Below are positions 48,607-57,940 of a stretch of 64,000 nucleotides of DNA, piece by piece. Under the pieces are notes generated by a model, which had not been told where the DNA came from, ran no database searches, and saw only the letters and a program-made list of their open reading frames with translations. The number at the start of each line of letters is the position of its first letter. Within the stretch, counting starts at the first letter, position 1. Location of the stretch: the IMG/VR virus record IMGVR_UViG_3300030102_003210, one strand, 5' to 3'. Origin of the DNA: an uncultured virus (IMG/VR IMGVR_UViG_3300030102_003210). Taxonomy: Duplodnaviria; Heunggongvirae; Uroviricota; Caudoviricetes. Position numbers and translations under genes: made by a program.

Positions 48607-48854
48607 TCCTTTTCACTTTCCCCTGTCCAAAGATTTGCTAGTTTCTTAGCCTGAGCCTCTGCTGGATTGGGAGCAACGATTAGGTTTGGCTTGACCATCC
48701 ACGCTACTAGATGTTCCCCGCCACCGACTGTTATCATCGTTGACAGATACCATCCATCGTTCCCATATGTATTCAGGGACTCGTTTATCACTTTAGGGCC
48801 GTCACTCACGCTGAACACCAAGAACTGATGCTCGTATGTATCTTTTTTACTCAT
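48603..48854 (-). CDS. Small DUF4177-like protein
   Basis: ESLNTYGNDGWYL resembles the LNxxGxxGWEL signature. Confidence 0.5.
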   Translation of the reverse strand: MSKKDTYEHQFLVFSVSDGPKVINESLNTYGNDGWYLSTMITVGGGEHLVAWMVKPNLIVAPNPAEAQAKKLANLWTGESEKE

Positions 48855-50316
48855 TTTTCTTTTCCTCCTTTATTTTCAGATATGTTCTAACTCCAATCTT
48901 CTTGGTATCGAACATACTGGAAATCTTTTTGAAGTTGTTGTAGACAGTGGTTTGTCCCTTCTTCGTCTCTTCTCTGACCTTTGAGAGTAGAAGAGTCTTG
49001 TTTACCCATCCTTCATCACCCTTCTTTCTCAGACCTTCGTATGCTTCTCGGAAGGCATTGACTCCTACTCGCTCATGCAATGCATGTGTTTTCACCTTCA
49101 ATGCTACGTCTAGCCACGATACAAGCGATTTATAGCATTGTCGAATTAGTGAAGACGCCTGTCTTGCATGTCTTTCAGTCACGATATATCTCTTACTTGG
49201 GTCTTTGATATTAGGTGCTTCTGCTATACAGCATAGCACAGATAGTCTTGTCATCGTCTGATTTAGCCTTGTTATGAAATTTCCAGCAATCTCAAAAACC
49301 TCGGGACGACTATTGGCGACATAGTTTCTCATTTTCACAGATTCATTCTTGAGAGCGTCATTGTAGCCCTTACCGAATGTGATGGTATGCAATGGGTCTC
49401 TTCCGCTTTCATCGAATCTCTTTCTCAACGACTCATAGATAATAACAAAATTCTGAGCGAATTTCTTGATGGGAGCGTCCTTGGGCTTAATTGTCCCAAC
49501 CTCATCTAGAACCTTCTCTCTCAACTCATCCTGAACTTCCTGTGGGACTTCCTTGATGTAGATGAGTGTCCTTTGTATAACACCCTTCTCAGCAATCACA
49601 TTTGTCAATGTCTTTGGTATGTAAGTAGTGGCATAGATGCTTCTTTGACATCTACACTCAATGATGTCACCGTCTTTCAGTTTCTTCCTGATAATCCAGT
49701 TCTCACCATGAAGAGTATTCATGAACTTATTCAGATACATGATTACATTCTCCTTGTGTTGAGACTGCTTGAACACTCCTGAGTATTCAAACTCGTCATA
49801 CGCAACTAGACCGCTTCCCTCGAAACCACCGTCAATCTGAACGGGAATCTCAACCCATTGCAACTCACCCTCATCGTCTTCTATTCTTTCCTTCTCCATC
49901 TTCATAGAGCCAATGAGGGCAGCATCGGTTGTGTCATCCACTGAGAAGACATCATACCCAACACTGTACTTGTCGTTGATTATTCTGAATGTCTCATTGG
50001 CAACAGGCCCAAAGAAGTTATACATCTCAGTCTTACCAGTTCCCGAGGTCTGCATCCAAATGAACTGTATCCTAGTGTCATCTACTCGTCTACCACTTGG
50101 TATAGCAACCATGTCCTTACACAGTTGTCCGAGTATAACGAAGAAGCCAATGGCAGCAGGTATCTCATTATACTTTGATACATCTGCTGCGCTCTTCACA
50201 TATTGCTCGACCACCTTTGGCAAGCCTATTGCCTTTGGTTGAGATATCGGAACCTCATCACCAAGCCCTTCGTAATACATTCTATCTTCATCATCAAAAT
50301 TTACATAATCATTCAT
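48847..50316 (-). CDS. P-loop ATPase, probable MCM-like replicative helicase
   Basis: Walker A QTSGTGKT, Walker B VAYDE, GVIQR arginine finger; winged-helix-like C-terminus. Confidence 0.65.
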   Translation of the reverse strand: MNDYVNFDDEDRMYYEGLGDEVPISQPKAIGLPKVVEQYVKSAADVSKYNEIPAAIGFFVILGQLCKDMVAIPSGRRVDDTRIQFIWMQTSGTGKTEMYNFFGPVANETFRIINDKYSVGYDVFSVDDTTDAALIGSMKMEKERIEDDEGELQWVEIPVQIDGGFEGSGLVAYDEFEYSGVFKQSQHKENVIMYLNKFMNTLHGENWIIRKKLKDGDIIECRCQRSIYATTYIPKTLTNVIAEKGVIQRTLIYIKEVPQEVQDELREKVLDEVGTIKPKDAPIKKFAQNFVIIYESLRKRFDESGRDPLHTITFGKGYNDALKNESVKMRNYVANSRPEVFEIAGNFITRLNQTMTRLSVLCCIAEAPNIKDPSKRYIVTERHARQASSLIRQCYKSLVSWLDVALKVKTHALHERVGVNAFREAYEGLRKKGDEGWVNKTLLLSKVREETKKGQTTVYNNFKKISSMFDTKKIGVRTYLKIKEEKKNE

Positions 50317-51005
50317 GTTATCACCATTTTATCTTCTTTGTTCAGCACATCGATTACCCTCTTGGCAATCACTTTACCAAAGCCCTCTAGTTCACATATC
50401 TCTTGAACTGATGCTTCTCCTATCTCCATGATAGAGCCGAATCTATCTATCAGGAGTTTTGCTTTCTTTACACTGATTCCTTTGATTGTGCAAAGAACGT
50501 CTATCCTCAAGTCTGTGGTAGCAATGCGCTTTCTTATCAGACTTGGAGTGTGTATTTCTCTATCTATCGGCTGCATCTTGCAGACTACTGCTATTATTCT
50601 AGCAGCCTCCTTCGCAGATGAAACCCATATTATGTTGCAGTCAGTATCCAGTATTATCTTACCAATAGCACCATCAAACTTGTTTCTAAGGAGTCTAGCG
50701 TTCTGTTTGTTATTCACATAGGTCAGATAGTTCTCAACAGCCTCATTGAAGTTGCCGTATACTATTACTATGTTGTTCACAAACTTCGCATCCATATTGT
50801 CTAGTTGATTCCATAATCTCTTGTTGATTACAGATTGAAGAAAGTCAAATGCAGACTTCGCCTCAAAACATACATCACCGAAGGTATAGTCACCGATGTC
50901 CAACCATTCCTTCTCATAGGGAACGTTAATCTCCCTACAATTGTGAATGACCATCTCTGCTAGTTCAGAGTGTTCTCTACTGTCTATCTTTAGTTTAAGC
51001 ACCAT
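50313..51005 (-). CDS. ERCC4/XPF-family nuclease with HhH motifs
   Basis: IDSRE, GDY, EAKS..DF..S and RLWNQ motifs; IKGIS..KA and EGFG HhH motifs. Confidence 0.85.
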   Translation of the reverse strand: MVLKLKIDSREHSELAEMVIHNCREINVPYEKEWLDIGDYTFGDVCFEAKSAFDFLQSVINKRLWNQLDNMDAKFVNNIVIVYGNFNEAVENYLTYVNNKQNARLLRNKFDGAIGKIILDTDCNIIWVSSAKEAARIIAVVCKMQPIDREIHTPSLIRKRIATTDLRIDVLCTIKGISVKKAKLLIDRFGSIMEIGEASVQEICELEGFGKVIAKRVIDVLNKEDKMVIT

Positions 51006-52007
51006 CGTAATACCTCCAACATTTACCAATGCAGTATCCCTGTGGGATAAGCACGTTAGAACATGAAGGGGCGTTGTATCCCTTATCTACAATTCCTCTA
51101 ACATATTTTGAGGATGTCCTAGAATCCCAATCTAGCCAAACATCCTCTTGTGAGGCAATGGTTTCCAGTTCAAACATAATCGTCTTGTGGATTTGGTCAT
51201 TCTTCTCAGATGATAGTGTTCTCTCTCCCATACTCAATAGGTCTCGATACCATTGCACCAAGTAAACTCTAGCATAGTGACTTGGGTTCTCAACCATGAC
51301 GGCGTTGTATAGACATGGAAGTATCGGTAGTTTACCTATGGGTACGGGTATATCGACCTCAACCTCTGAGACCTCTATTGGTTGCATCTCGGGAAAGGAG
51401 ACTAGTTTGCTACCGTTGTTGGATGAAATTTTCCTAGGCTTCTTAGCCATAGAAAGTATATCATCCAAGGAGCCATTCAGGTCTTCAATCACAAGAGGTA
51501 TGCAGAAGTATGGGTTTCCATCCTCATCGGAACTACTTAGGTTCATTGAGTTTGGAACTCTTCTTAGCCTATTAGTTTGGATACCCGTTCTATCAAGCGT
51601 AGCAATACCATCACTGATTTCGGAATAATACTGCTGAATGCTTCTGATATCATCTACTGGTTCTCCATAGACAAAGACATGGAAACCCTTTCCGCTAAAA
51701 TACATTTTGAATATGGTATCTTCAGCGACTAATTCAGAAACTACTTTTTTGAGGTCACTATACGCATTTTCCAATGGTTCATCGTGAGCATCAAAATCTA
51801 AGAACGCTCTATCNNNNNNNNNNAGAAGTCTAGTTTGACTCCATTGTTGAAGTCCTCAAAGTCATAGACTGTCGTGTAGCAGTTCATCTTCCCATTATAG
51901 GAATTGAACCAGTTGACGAACTCACTCCGATTTTTTACTACTGTCCTTCTCATTTGTGGTGCGTTTCTTAGGTGACTTCCCGCCCACACTTCTCTTGGCA
52001 TTCTCAT
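50995..52007 (-). CDS. Archaeo-eukaryotic primase: catalytic domain fused to a PriL-like Cys-containing C-terminal domain (interrupted by N gap)
   Basis: FLDFD, FSGKGFH and RLRRVPNS motifs; LPC..HYAR..PSC..C..C; the two ORF pieces flank the 10-N gap at 51814-51823. Confidence 0.8.
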
Positions 52008-52296
52008 TTTTATTTTCCTCCTTGAAAGAAACCTTTGCTTCAAGCAATTCCTCTCTTACAACTTCTGCTATCTTTATTTTCAATTGTGACATCACTGTGT
52101 TCATGTATATCTGACCGAATGGTGTTCTCTCTTCAGCAAACACATCAGTCTCCCATACCATCTTCAGTTTGTCAGTTGTAGGCATTTTCTCATACAATAT
52201 CTCTGCTAGATTGTTTACTGTATCAGATACATTTGCAATCTCTGAGAAACTCCATACCTTTTGATTTAATTCTTCTTTTACCATTTCATCTATCAT
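51922..52296 (-). CDS. Hypothetical protein
   Basis: 124-aa ORF overlapping the primase start. Confidence 0.55.
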   Translation of the reverse strand: MIDEMVKEELNQKVWSFSEIANVSDTVNNLAEILYEKMPTTDKLKMVWETDVFAEERTPFGQIYMNTVMSQLKIKIAEVVREELLEAKVSFKEENKNENAKRSVGGKSPKKRTTNEKDSSKKSE

Positions 52297-52355
52297 TTTT
52301 TCTTTCTCCTTTTCTTATATTCTTCTTTTGCTTTGTAATAGTCTTCCCACTTCAT
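52293..52355 (-). CDS. 20-aa basic micro-ORF (MKWEDYYKAKEEYKKRRKKK)
   Basis: Start and stop overlap both neighbours (TGATG and ATGA). Confidence 0.4.
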   Translation of the reverse strand: MKWEDYYKAKEEYKKRRKKK

Positions 52356-53242
52356 CAGAACCAACTCTCGGTGTTAGCCGCATCACATATACCAAAGAAA
52401 CTACAATTTGAACATGTCTTTGCGAAATACTTCGTTGGGAAGATACCAGTCTCGTATGAGTGAATGAGTTGTGCAATACCCTTCTTCACTGCTGTTATGC
52501 TACCCTTCTTCACTTCCTCCACATAGATGTAGTTGGCCGCAGGATAGTACCATCCCCAATGAGAGATTGGTATCTCAGGGTCTAGCCCCCACTCTATCAG
52601 TTTCTCATCAGGTGTGTTCTCAAAGAGAATCTTGTAGAAGGCCATCTCCTTCCTCATCATCGTAGTCTTCCAATCTTTCCAACCACCAGTCTTCAACTCC
52701 ATAGGAATGTACCTATCTCCTTCCTTGAACATCCGGTCAATGATTCCCTGAAGATGGACAACATAGTCTTGCTTCAATAGATACTTAGGGTTCTCATCCT
52801 TGTTTATCACAATCTTAGCATCCAACATTATCTCGTTTATGACTGGAATGAAATCCTCTGTTGTTCCCTCGTCCCTAGATTCTATGAACCTATTAGCCTC
52901 GAAAATGGACATAGCCTCATACATCTCGTCATAGTCATCTATGGGATGGAGTTCCATGCAATAGTTGACTAGTTCCTCATAAGACATGTTCTCTGCCTTC
53001 TTTACGTCAAAGGTGTTGAAGAAGTCCTCTCTAGCATTATGTATGATGCTCCCCTTAATCATGACCTCAGTTGTCTCTATCGGCATTCTCTCTTTGTACT
53101 GGAACTCATATCTCTTAGGACACCACTGATAAGAACCAAGTGAAGACTTGGATATCTTCAGTATCGGATAATCCTCGTCACCATAATATTCAGGTTCCCA
53201 TTGATATGTGTATTCATTTGTGTTGCTCTGTCTCAAAACCAT
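52355..53242 (-). CDS. Cas4-like PD-(D/E)xK exonuclease with Fe-S cluster
   Basis: SKSS..CPKR, GSIIH, GIIDR, ELKTG and CSNCSFFGIC motifs. Confidence 0.85.
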   Translation of the reverse strand: MVLRQSNTNEYTYQWEPEYYGDEDYPILKISKSSLGSYQWCPKRYEFQYKERMPIETTEVMIKGSIIHNAREDFFNTFDVKKAENMSYEELVNYCMELHPIDDYDEMYEAMSIFEANRFIESRDEGTTEDFIPVINEIMLDAKIVINKDENPKYLLKQDYVVHLQGIIDRMFKEGDRYIPMELKTGGWKDWKTTMMRKEMAFYKILFENTPDEKLIEWGLDPEIPISHWGWYYPAANYIYVEEVKKGSITAVKKGIAQLIHSYETGIFPTKYFAKTCSNCSFFGICDAANTESWF

Positions 53243-54114
53243 TCCTCCAATGTCTTCTGTCTGTTATCTACTGATATACTCTTAATGTCCCAACCCATCG
53301 CTCGATAGATTGGTTCTGCTTTCTTAGTGACTGACTCAGCATAGTGCGACCAGTCAGGTTCATACTCATAGAAGTCGTCCTCCATGAGAAGTGACACATA
53401 CGTTGCCTTAACGTTCTGACCAGTAATGGGATTGTAGAACGTTTCCTTGCTGTTTATCTTCAGGTAGAGGTATGTGTCGGTTATCTCTTCGTATCCTTTG
53501 GAGTGACTGTATAGAACTCCTGCTATGCCTGAACCGATTGTAGGTCTCTTGCCTTGTGTTGTAGTGAAGTTAAGTTCCGTTGCTGAACAACAGGGCTTCT
53601 CCATTAGACTGAACAATGAGTTTCTCCTCCGACAGTTCTTACAATCAACCATGAACCTTTCTTCACGGTATCTACTTCTCTGAAGTATGTCAGATAGAGG
53701 GATATCACCTGTTAGAACTGAGTTGTATTTATCTGTGAGATATTTTGTTATCTCTTCCTCAGATTTACCCTCAACCCACATGTTAAGCACTGAAAGTTGA
53801 ACATCCTTGGCTAATTTAGTCAAAGAAACTCTCTTTGCAGTAAATCCAGTCATCACAAACTCCTCTTCATCGAGAAATTCACCGTCTTTCCATGTAATTA
53901 GACCTGCATTTCTGTTTTTTGTTGCTCCAACACCTAAAGTTCTGAAGTATTTCTCAAATTCTAGCGTCACAGGATGCTCTTCTAGACCCAAAACGTTTGG
54001 AAATGACTTTCTGACATGCTCATTGAGAATTTTTAGAGTATTTTTGGCAGTTTCAATGTTATTATCCTCGATATCAACATAAATTGAGTCAGTATGACCG
54101 TAAACTACCTTCAT
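53233..54114 (-). CDS. polB: DNA polymerase B, C-terminal part (motif C and thumb)
   Basis: Starts MKVVYGHTDSIYV; LEFEK, KNRNAG and MTGF..KR motifs; ends QKTLEEWF (PIP box). Confidence 0.85.
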   Translation of the reverse strand: MKVVYGHTDSIYVDIEDNNIETAKNTLKILNEHVRKSFPNVLGLEEHPVTLEFEKYFRTLGVGATKNRNAGLITWKDGEFLDEEEFVMTGFTAKRVSLTKLAKDVQLSVLNMWVEGKSEEEITKYLTDKYNSVLTGDIPLSDILQRSRYREERFMVDCKNCRRRNSLFSLMEKPCCSATELNFTTTQGKRPTIGSGIAGVLYSHSKGYEEITDTYLYLKINSKETFYNPITGQNVKATYVSLLMEDDFYEYEPDWSHYAESVTKKAEPIYRAMGWDIKSISVDNRQKTLEEWF

Positions 54115-54215
54115 ACGCATCCCCCAACTAAACTAAACGTGTTATTTACGAAAGCAATCGTTCCTGTGATGTAAAATGATACTCTAGAGTAGAATATCTT
54201 GTCTTTTCTGTTCAT
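54111..54215 (-). CDS. 34-aa hydrophobic micro-ORF between the polB halves
   Basis: Read manually: MNRKDKIFYSRVSFYITGTIAFVNNTFSLVGGCV; ATGA overlaps at both ends. Confidence 0.45.
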   Translation of the reverse strand: MNRKDKIFYSRVSFYITGTIAFVNNTFSLVGGCV

Positions 54216-54418
54216 ATTGCATTCACATCCTGTAATAGAGACAGCAAGCCATAGATGAAGATGGAAACGAACACAATCTTACCTGAAATGCTCGTAAACT
54301 TCCTTACATCCTTGAGAATCTGACTTATTGCCTCCTTTCTTAGTTCAGACTCAGTTTTTTCGGTTTTTTCCTCCAACTTGTTGTTGGAGAAGTCAATATT
54401 AGCACTTTTTATCGGCAT
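54212..54418 (-). CDS. 68-aa protein with C-terminal TM helix between the polB halves
   Basis: IVFVSIFIYGLLSLL; TAATG-coupled to polB-N. Confidence 0.6.
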   Translation of the reverse strand: MPIKSANIDFSNNKLEEKTEKTESELRKEAISQILKDVRKFTSISGKIVFVSIFIYGLLSLLQDVNAI

Positions 54419-56082
54419 TATAGTTCCCTCACTTTGAATGCAGCAGTTCTGATTGCCTCTCTAGCACTAGCAGTAATACTAGCAGCCAAGTCAACATCAG
54501 CCCACCCAAATCCTTGAAATGCAACAATCCCATAGAAAGAAGCCATCAATCTCTTGACAGCGAGTTGGTTGTTGTTCCATTTAATGTAATCGGATTTACT
54601 CTTACTCTCCTTCATCATTTTCTTGTATTCGTTCCTCAACACCTTCAGGTCTAGAACGGCTTGTGGAAGTAGGCCAAGTTTATCTGTCTTGTAATACTTC
54701 ATGTCATAGTCATCTATGTCCGAGAAATCCTTTGGTGTTTTTATGTTAACACCGAACTCAGTCGGCGTTTCTGATTTTGTCTCCCAAGAGATATTTCTCG
54801 CTATCATCATGGATGGGTATAGTCCTGCGAAGTCAAAGGCGGCAACACCCAAATGAAGACCGTTTGTGCCTTCGCTAAGGGGGTCGTAGACCATTGCCCC
54901 ATCATAGTCTACCCTGTCGCCTTTCATGCCCGTAGGGGCTTTCCATGAGGCATTCCTCATGAAGTATATTCCACCCATGTTTGAGGCGTAGAAACATGCG
55001 TCAAATGGAGCAATCAGTAATCTCTGTAAGGATATGATTGCCTCAGTTGTATGGTTCTCATCGTCTATCCTCTTGATTAACTCAACATCTTTCAGTGCAT
55101 ATTCTAGATATGTCTCAGTATCCTCTTGCCATCCCCTTCTGAAGAACTCGTTCTTATCAGGAAACTTCTCACTGACTAACTTCTTTTCACCTAACACACT
55201 CTCGGATACATAGTCTAGAGATAGTGAAGGTAGTGTTCCTCGCTGTGCATCGTTCCATTGTCTCTCAAACGCCAAGTCTAGTGGAACACATATCCTACCC
55301 TTGATTGGTTGGCTGATAGGACTATAGCCATCAATGCCGTATTTGCCATAAGACAGTTTGACCTTCGATTGAGATATTGAGAAGGATACACCATCAACCT
55401 CCATACACGGAGATAACGCTCTTGGGTCAATTTCATTCTCATGTAGTCTCTCAATCAACTTAGGCAGGTCGAACTTCCATCCAAACCAAGAGATAAGCAT
55501 GTCAGGGTCTTTCTCCCTAATCATCAGGACGAACTGTTCAAGCATCTCCTTCTCTGTACCTGAGCCGGGTTGCCAAGTCAGAGTGAAATACTCATCATCA
55601 AAGTTGTCATACAGAACAATAGCGGTTATCGCACCGTCATGTTCTCCACCTTGCATCCATTCCATATCCCAATACCACTTACGCAAGTCATACTCATAAA
55701 GAGCATCTAACTCATCTACTGCATATCGATAGTGATGTCTAACATCTGCTTCATATGTTCTATCACCTCTGTCATGAAAGAAGGACTTCACCTTATTCAT
55801 GTACTTACTATGGCTAGGTGTCCAAGTTACCTTGACTAGTTCCCTTCCTTGTAGGTTCTTCCAACCACCCTGTCTATACTCTAGGTTCATGCTGAACGAG
55901 ACATTGTTCCGGTTTCCTCTCTCCTTAATGTAGATAGTATCACCATCTAACTTGACAGAACGTGCGTTCTTCTCAACGAAGAAATGAGGTTGGAAGTCGT
56001 AGAAAGAAACTAATTCCTCCCTACGCTTACCATCCTCACGCCATCTTAGACATATACCTACATTCGTATTCGTAATTATCAT
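54418..56082 (-). CDS. polB: DNA polymerase B, N-terminal part (3'-5' exonuclease plus motifs A and B)
   Basis: WDME (ExoI), FDLP (ExoII), YALKD (ExoIII), DFAGLYPS (A), KRLMASFYG (B). Confidence 0.9.
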   Translation of the reverse strand: MIITNTNVGICLRWREDGKRREELVSFYDFQPHFFVEKNARSVKLDGDTIYIKERGNRNNVSFSMNLEYRQGGWKNLQGRELVKVTWTPSHSKYMNKVKSFFHDRGDRTYEADVRHHYRYAVDELDALYEYDLRKWYWDMEWMQGGEHDGAITAIVLYDNFDDEYFTLTWQPGSGTEKEMLEQFVLMIREKDPDMLISWFGWKFDLPKLIERLHENEIDPRALSPCMEVDGVSFSISQSKVKLSYGKYGIDGYSPISQPIKGRICVPLDLAFERQWNDAQRGTLPSLSLDYVSESVLGEKKLVSEKFPDKNEFFRRGWQEDTETYLEYALKDVELIKRIDDENHTTEAIISLQRLLIAPFDACFYASNMGGIYFMRNASWKAPTGMKGDRVDYDGAMVYDPLSEGTNGLHLGVAAFDFAGLYPSMMIARNISWETKSETPTEFGVNIKTPKDFSDIDDYDMKYYKTDKLGLLPQAVLDLKVLRNEYKKMMKESKSKSDYIKWNNNQLAVKRLMASFYGIVAFQGFGWADVDLAASITASAREAIRTAAFKVREL

Positions 56083-56086
56083 AATA

Positions 56087-56842
56087 TCACCTTGCTATGT
56101 AAGGGGCTTTAATGAGTATCCTATCATCGGATTTCCAAACAACAGGAGACTCATCCTTCAAGAACATCTTGACCTCAGTGTTCTTTGGAAAGAACTTGTC
56201 AAACTGACCTGTCACCTCAACAGTAGATTCTTCACCAGTGATTTCCGTGGTAGGAACACTTGTCACAATCTTGTCAGTCATCGACCTTTCACTGCTCATG
56301 GTAAATGACTCGTTGATGTCAAAGTGATACCTAGCATTGTTGATTACATCACATCGCTTTACTGCATCACTAAGATTGTCTGAGTTAGTAGTAACAACTG
56401 TCTCAAACTCAACACTGCCGAACATGGGGTTCTCTTCATCTATTTGATATCCCTGTAGTCTAGCAATCATGGCGGTGCTAGGATGTGAAACGACAAGGGG
56501 AAGTGAGGCAGTGCTACTACCATCACTAACCTTGACGTAATCACCGATTTCGATTAGGACAGCATCATTGAATGTCTTCAGATACTTCAGTGTCTTCTCT
56601 ATCTCAATCGTCACTAGACCAACATCCTGTTGCTCGGATGTCAGGGTCTCAACCGTTATACAACAGACAGTGGTATTGTCTGCATTGTATAGTGTGAGAT
56701 TAGAGGTCTCAGAATCTAACTCCAACATAGTGTAGTCAGAAATCTTACTGCTCTTCGCAGTGTCACCGTTGTGATACTTTCCTTTCATCTGTATGTCTAT
56801 CAACGCATCAGATAGCGTCTTCGTATTCATTCTTATTTTCAT
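56087..56842 (-). CDS. pcn: PCNA-like sliding clamp
   Basis: 251 aa, acidic; ends SPV..ILIKAPY like PCNA; adjacent to polB and clamp loader. Confidence 0.7.
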   Translation of the reverse strand: MKIRMNTKTLSDALIDIQMKGKYHNGDTAKSSKISDYTMLELDSETSNLTLYNADNTTVCCITVETLTSEQQDVGLVTIEIEKTLKYLKTFNDAVLIEIGDYVKVSDGSSTASLPLVVSHPSTAMIARLQGYQIDEENPMFGSVEFETVVTTNSDNLSDAVKRCDVINNARYHFDINESFTMSSERSMTDKIVTSVPTTEITGEESTVEVTGQFDKFFPKNTEVKMFLKDESPVVWKSDDRILIKAPYIAR

Positions 56843-56855
56843 ATCTATTCCTCAT

Positions 56856-57680
56856 TCAAAGTTCACCTGCTTTAATCTCAGGGAAACCGTTCCAATCTAC
56901 ATTGCCATCTTCAATGGTCAAGACCTTCAATCTCTTACCAATCATCTCAGGCTTTCTAGCACTTGCCTCAACCATAGCGGTAAAGGTAGCACCGTTCTTC
57001 CTGATGTCTCTTGACATCCTTACAGTAGCGGTAAAGATATCCTCTGTTGTTGAATGCCAGTTGGCCTCAACACCAATGGGGTTTGGATTACCAGCATACT
57101 TATCCTTAGAGTGTGCAATCACAATTCTGTGACATGGCATCTCTAGTATCTGCTTGTGCAAGAAGTTCTTGTAAGGAGTATTCCTGTCACCCCAAACATA
57201 CGGTGGCTGCTTGATAACTGTATCAGCATCCATTCCATGCTTCTCACGCATCTTGGTCTCACATACATCTGTCAGGAGTTTGTCTGCTCCATCTACGATG
57301 ACTGCCTTCAACTTGTCTTCCTCTAGTATCTCTAGAGCCATTTGGTAGAATGCTCTCGCATTATCCATAGTCTCATCAAAGTCAACTAGACTTCCATCTT
57401 TCCTNNNNNNNNNNCTCTTCACATCTATTGCTCTGTTGTCAAAGTCAAAGACTAGAACTTTCATATCGTTCTTGATGTCTTCTTCCGTCAACAAATCCAT
57501 AGCCGTTGCCGACTTAGCAGACTTGGGTTCTCCCCAAATACCAAGACACAGGAATGACTTGTTGTTCTCCTGAGCCTGTTTTATCTGCTCAAGCATGGCC
57601 TTCTTACGAAGAGCATACTTACCCTTTTCAGATTCTTTCGTTTGCACTGCTTTTGTTTTATCGTTGTTTGTCCAACTCAT
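56856..57680 (-). CDS. RecA/RadA-fold ATPase, probable recombinase (N gap at 57405-57414)
   Basis: GIWGEPKSAKS Walker A, FDFD, VIVDG Walker B, IVIAH. Confidence 0.7.
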   Translation of the reverse strand: MSWTNNDKTKAVQTKESEKGKYALRKKAMLEQIKQAQENNKSFLCLGIWGEPKSAKSATAMDLLTEEDIKNDMKVLVFDFDNRAIDVKXXXXRKDGSLVDFDETMDNARAFYQMALEILEEDKLKAVIVDGADKLLTDVCETKMREKHGMDADTVIKQPPYVWGDRNTPYKNFLHKQILEMPCHRIVIAHSKDKYAGNPNPIGVEANWHSTTEDIFTATVRMSRDIRKNGATFTAMVEASARKPEMIGKRLKVLTIEDGNVDWNGFPEIKAGEL

Positions 57681-57930
57681 ATCTATCACCATTCTTAAAT
57701 TCATTAGGATTGAATTCTATTCCTTTCCATTTCTTTAGTATATCATTGACTTCATCTAGGGTCAGTTTCAACCTGACCTCCTTTGACTCAAAGTGGAACT
57801 TCGTCCAATAGTCACCCGTTTCGGGATTGTACTTCCAAGTTAGGAAGTCTACGTTATCCAAGGAAAAAGCAAAACTTCTCCCATGAATAACGAGACCTCC
57901 GTTGGAATCAGTGTTCATACTGTATTCCAT
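57658..57930 (-). CDS. Hypothetical protein
   Basis: GAGGTGA SD before ATG 57930. Confidence 0.6.
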   Translation of the reverse strand: MEYSMNTDSNGGLVIHGRSFAFSLDNVDFLTWKYNPETGDYWTKFHFESKEVRLKLTLDEVNDILKKWKGIEFNPNEFKNGDRYELDKQR

Positions 57931-57940
57931 AGTATTCACC

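Noticed and set aside
51798..52043. Primase apparently frameshifted or pseudogenised into two ORFs
   Set aside because: The break coincides with the 10-N assembly gap (51814-51823), and catalytic motifs continue on both sides
52355..53242. Cas4-like gene as evidence of a CRISPR-Cas system
   Set aside because: No repeat-spacer array or other cas genes are seen; stand-alone Cas4-like nucleases are common in viral replication modules
54115..54417. Intein or self-splicing intron interrupting polB
   Set aside because: No intein N- or C-terminal motifs and no obvious intron structure; the spacer is filled by coupled small ORFs (splicing is not formally excluded)
57660..57680. MSWTNNDK start of the RecA-fold ATPase as another copy of the W targeting motif
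   Set aside because: Lacks the hydrophobic residues before Lys and lies in the replication arm
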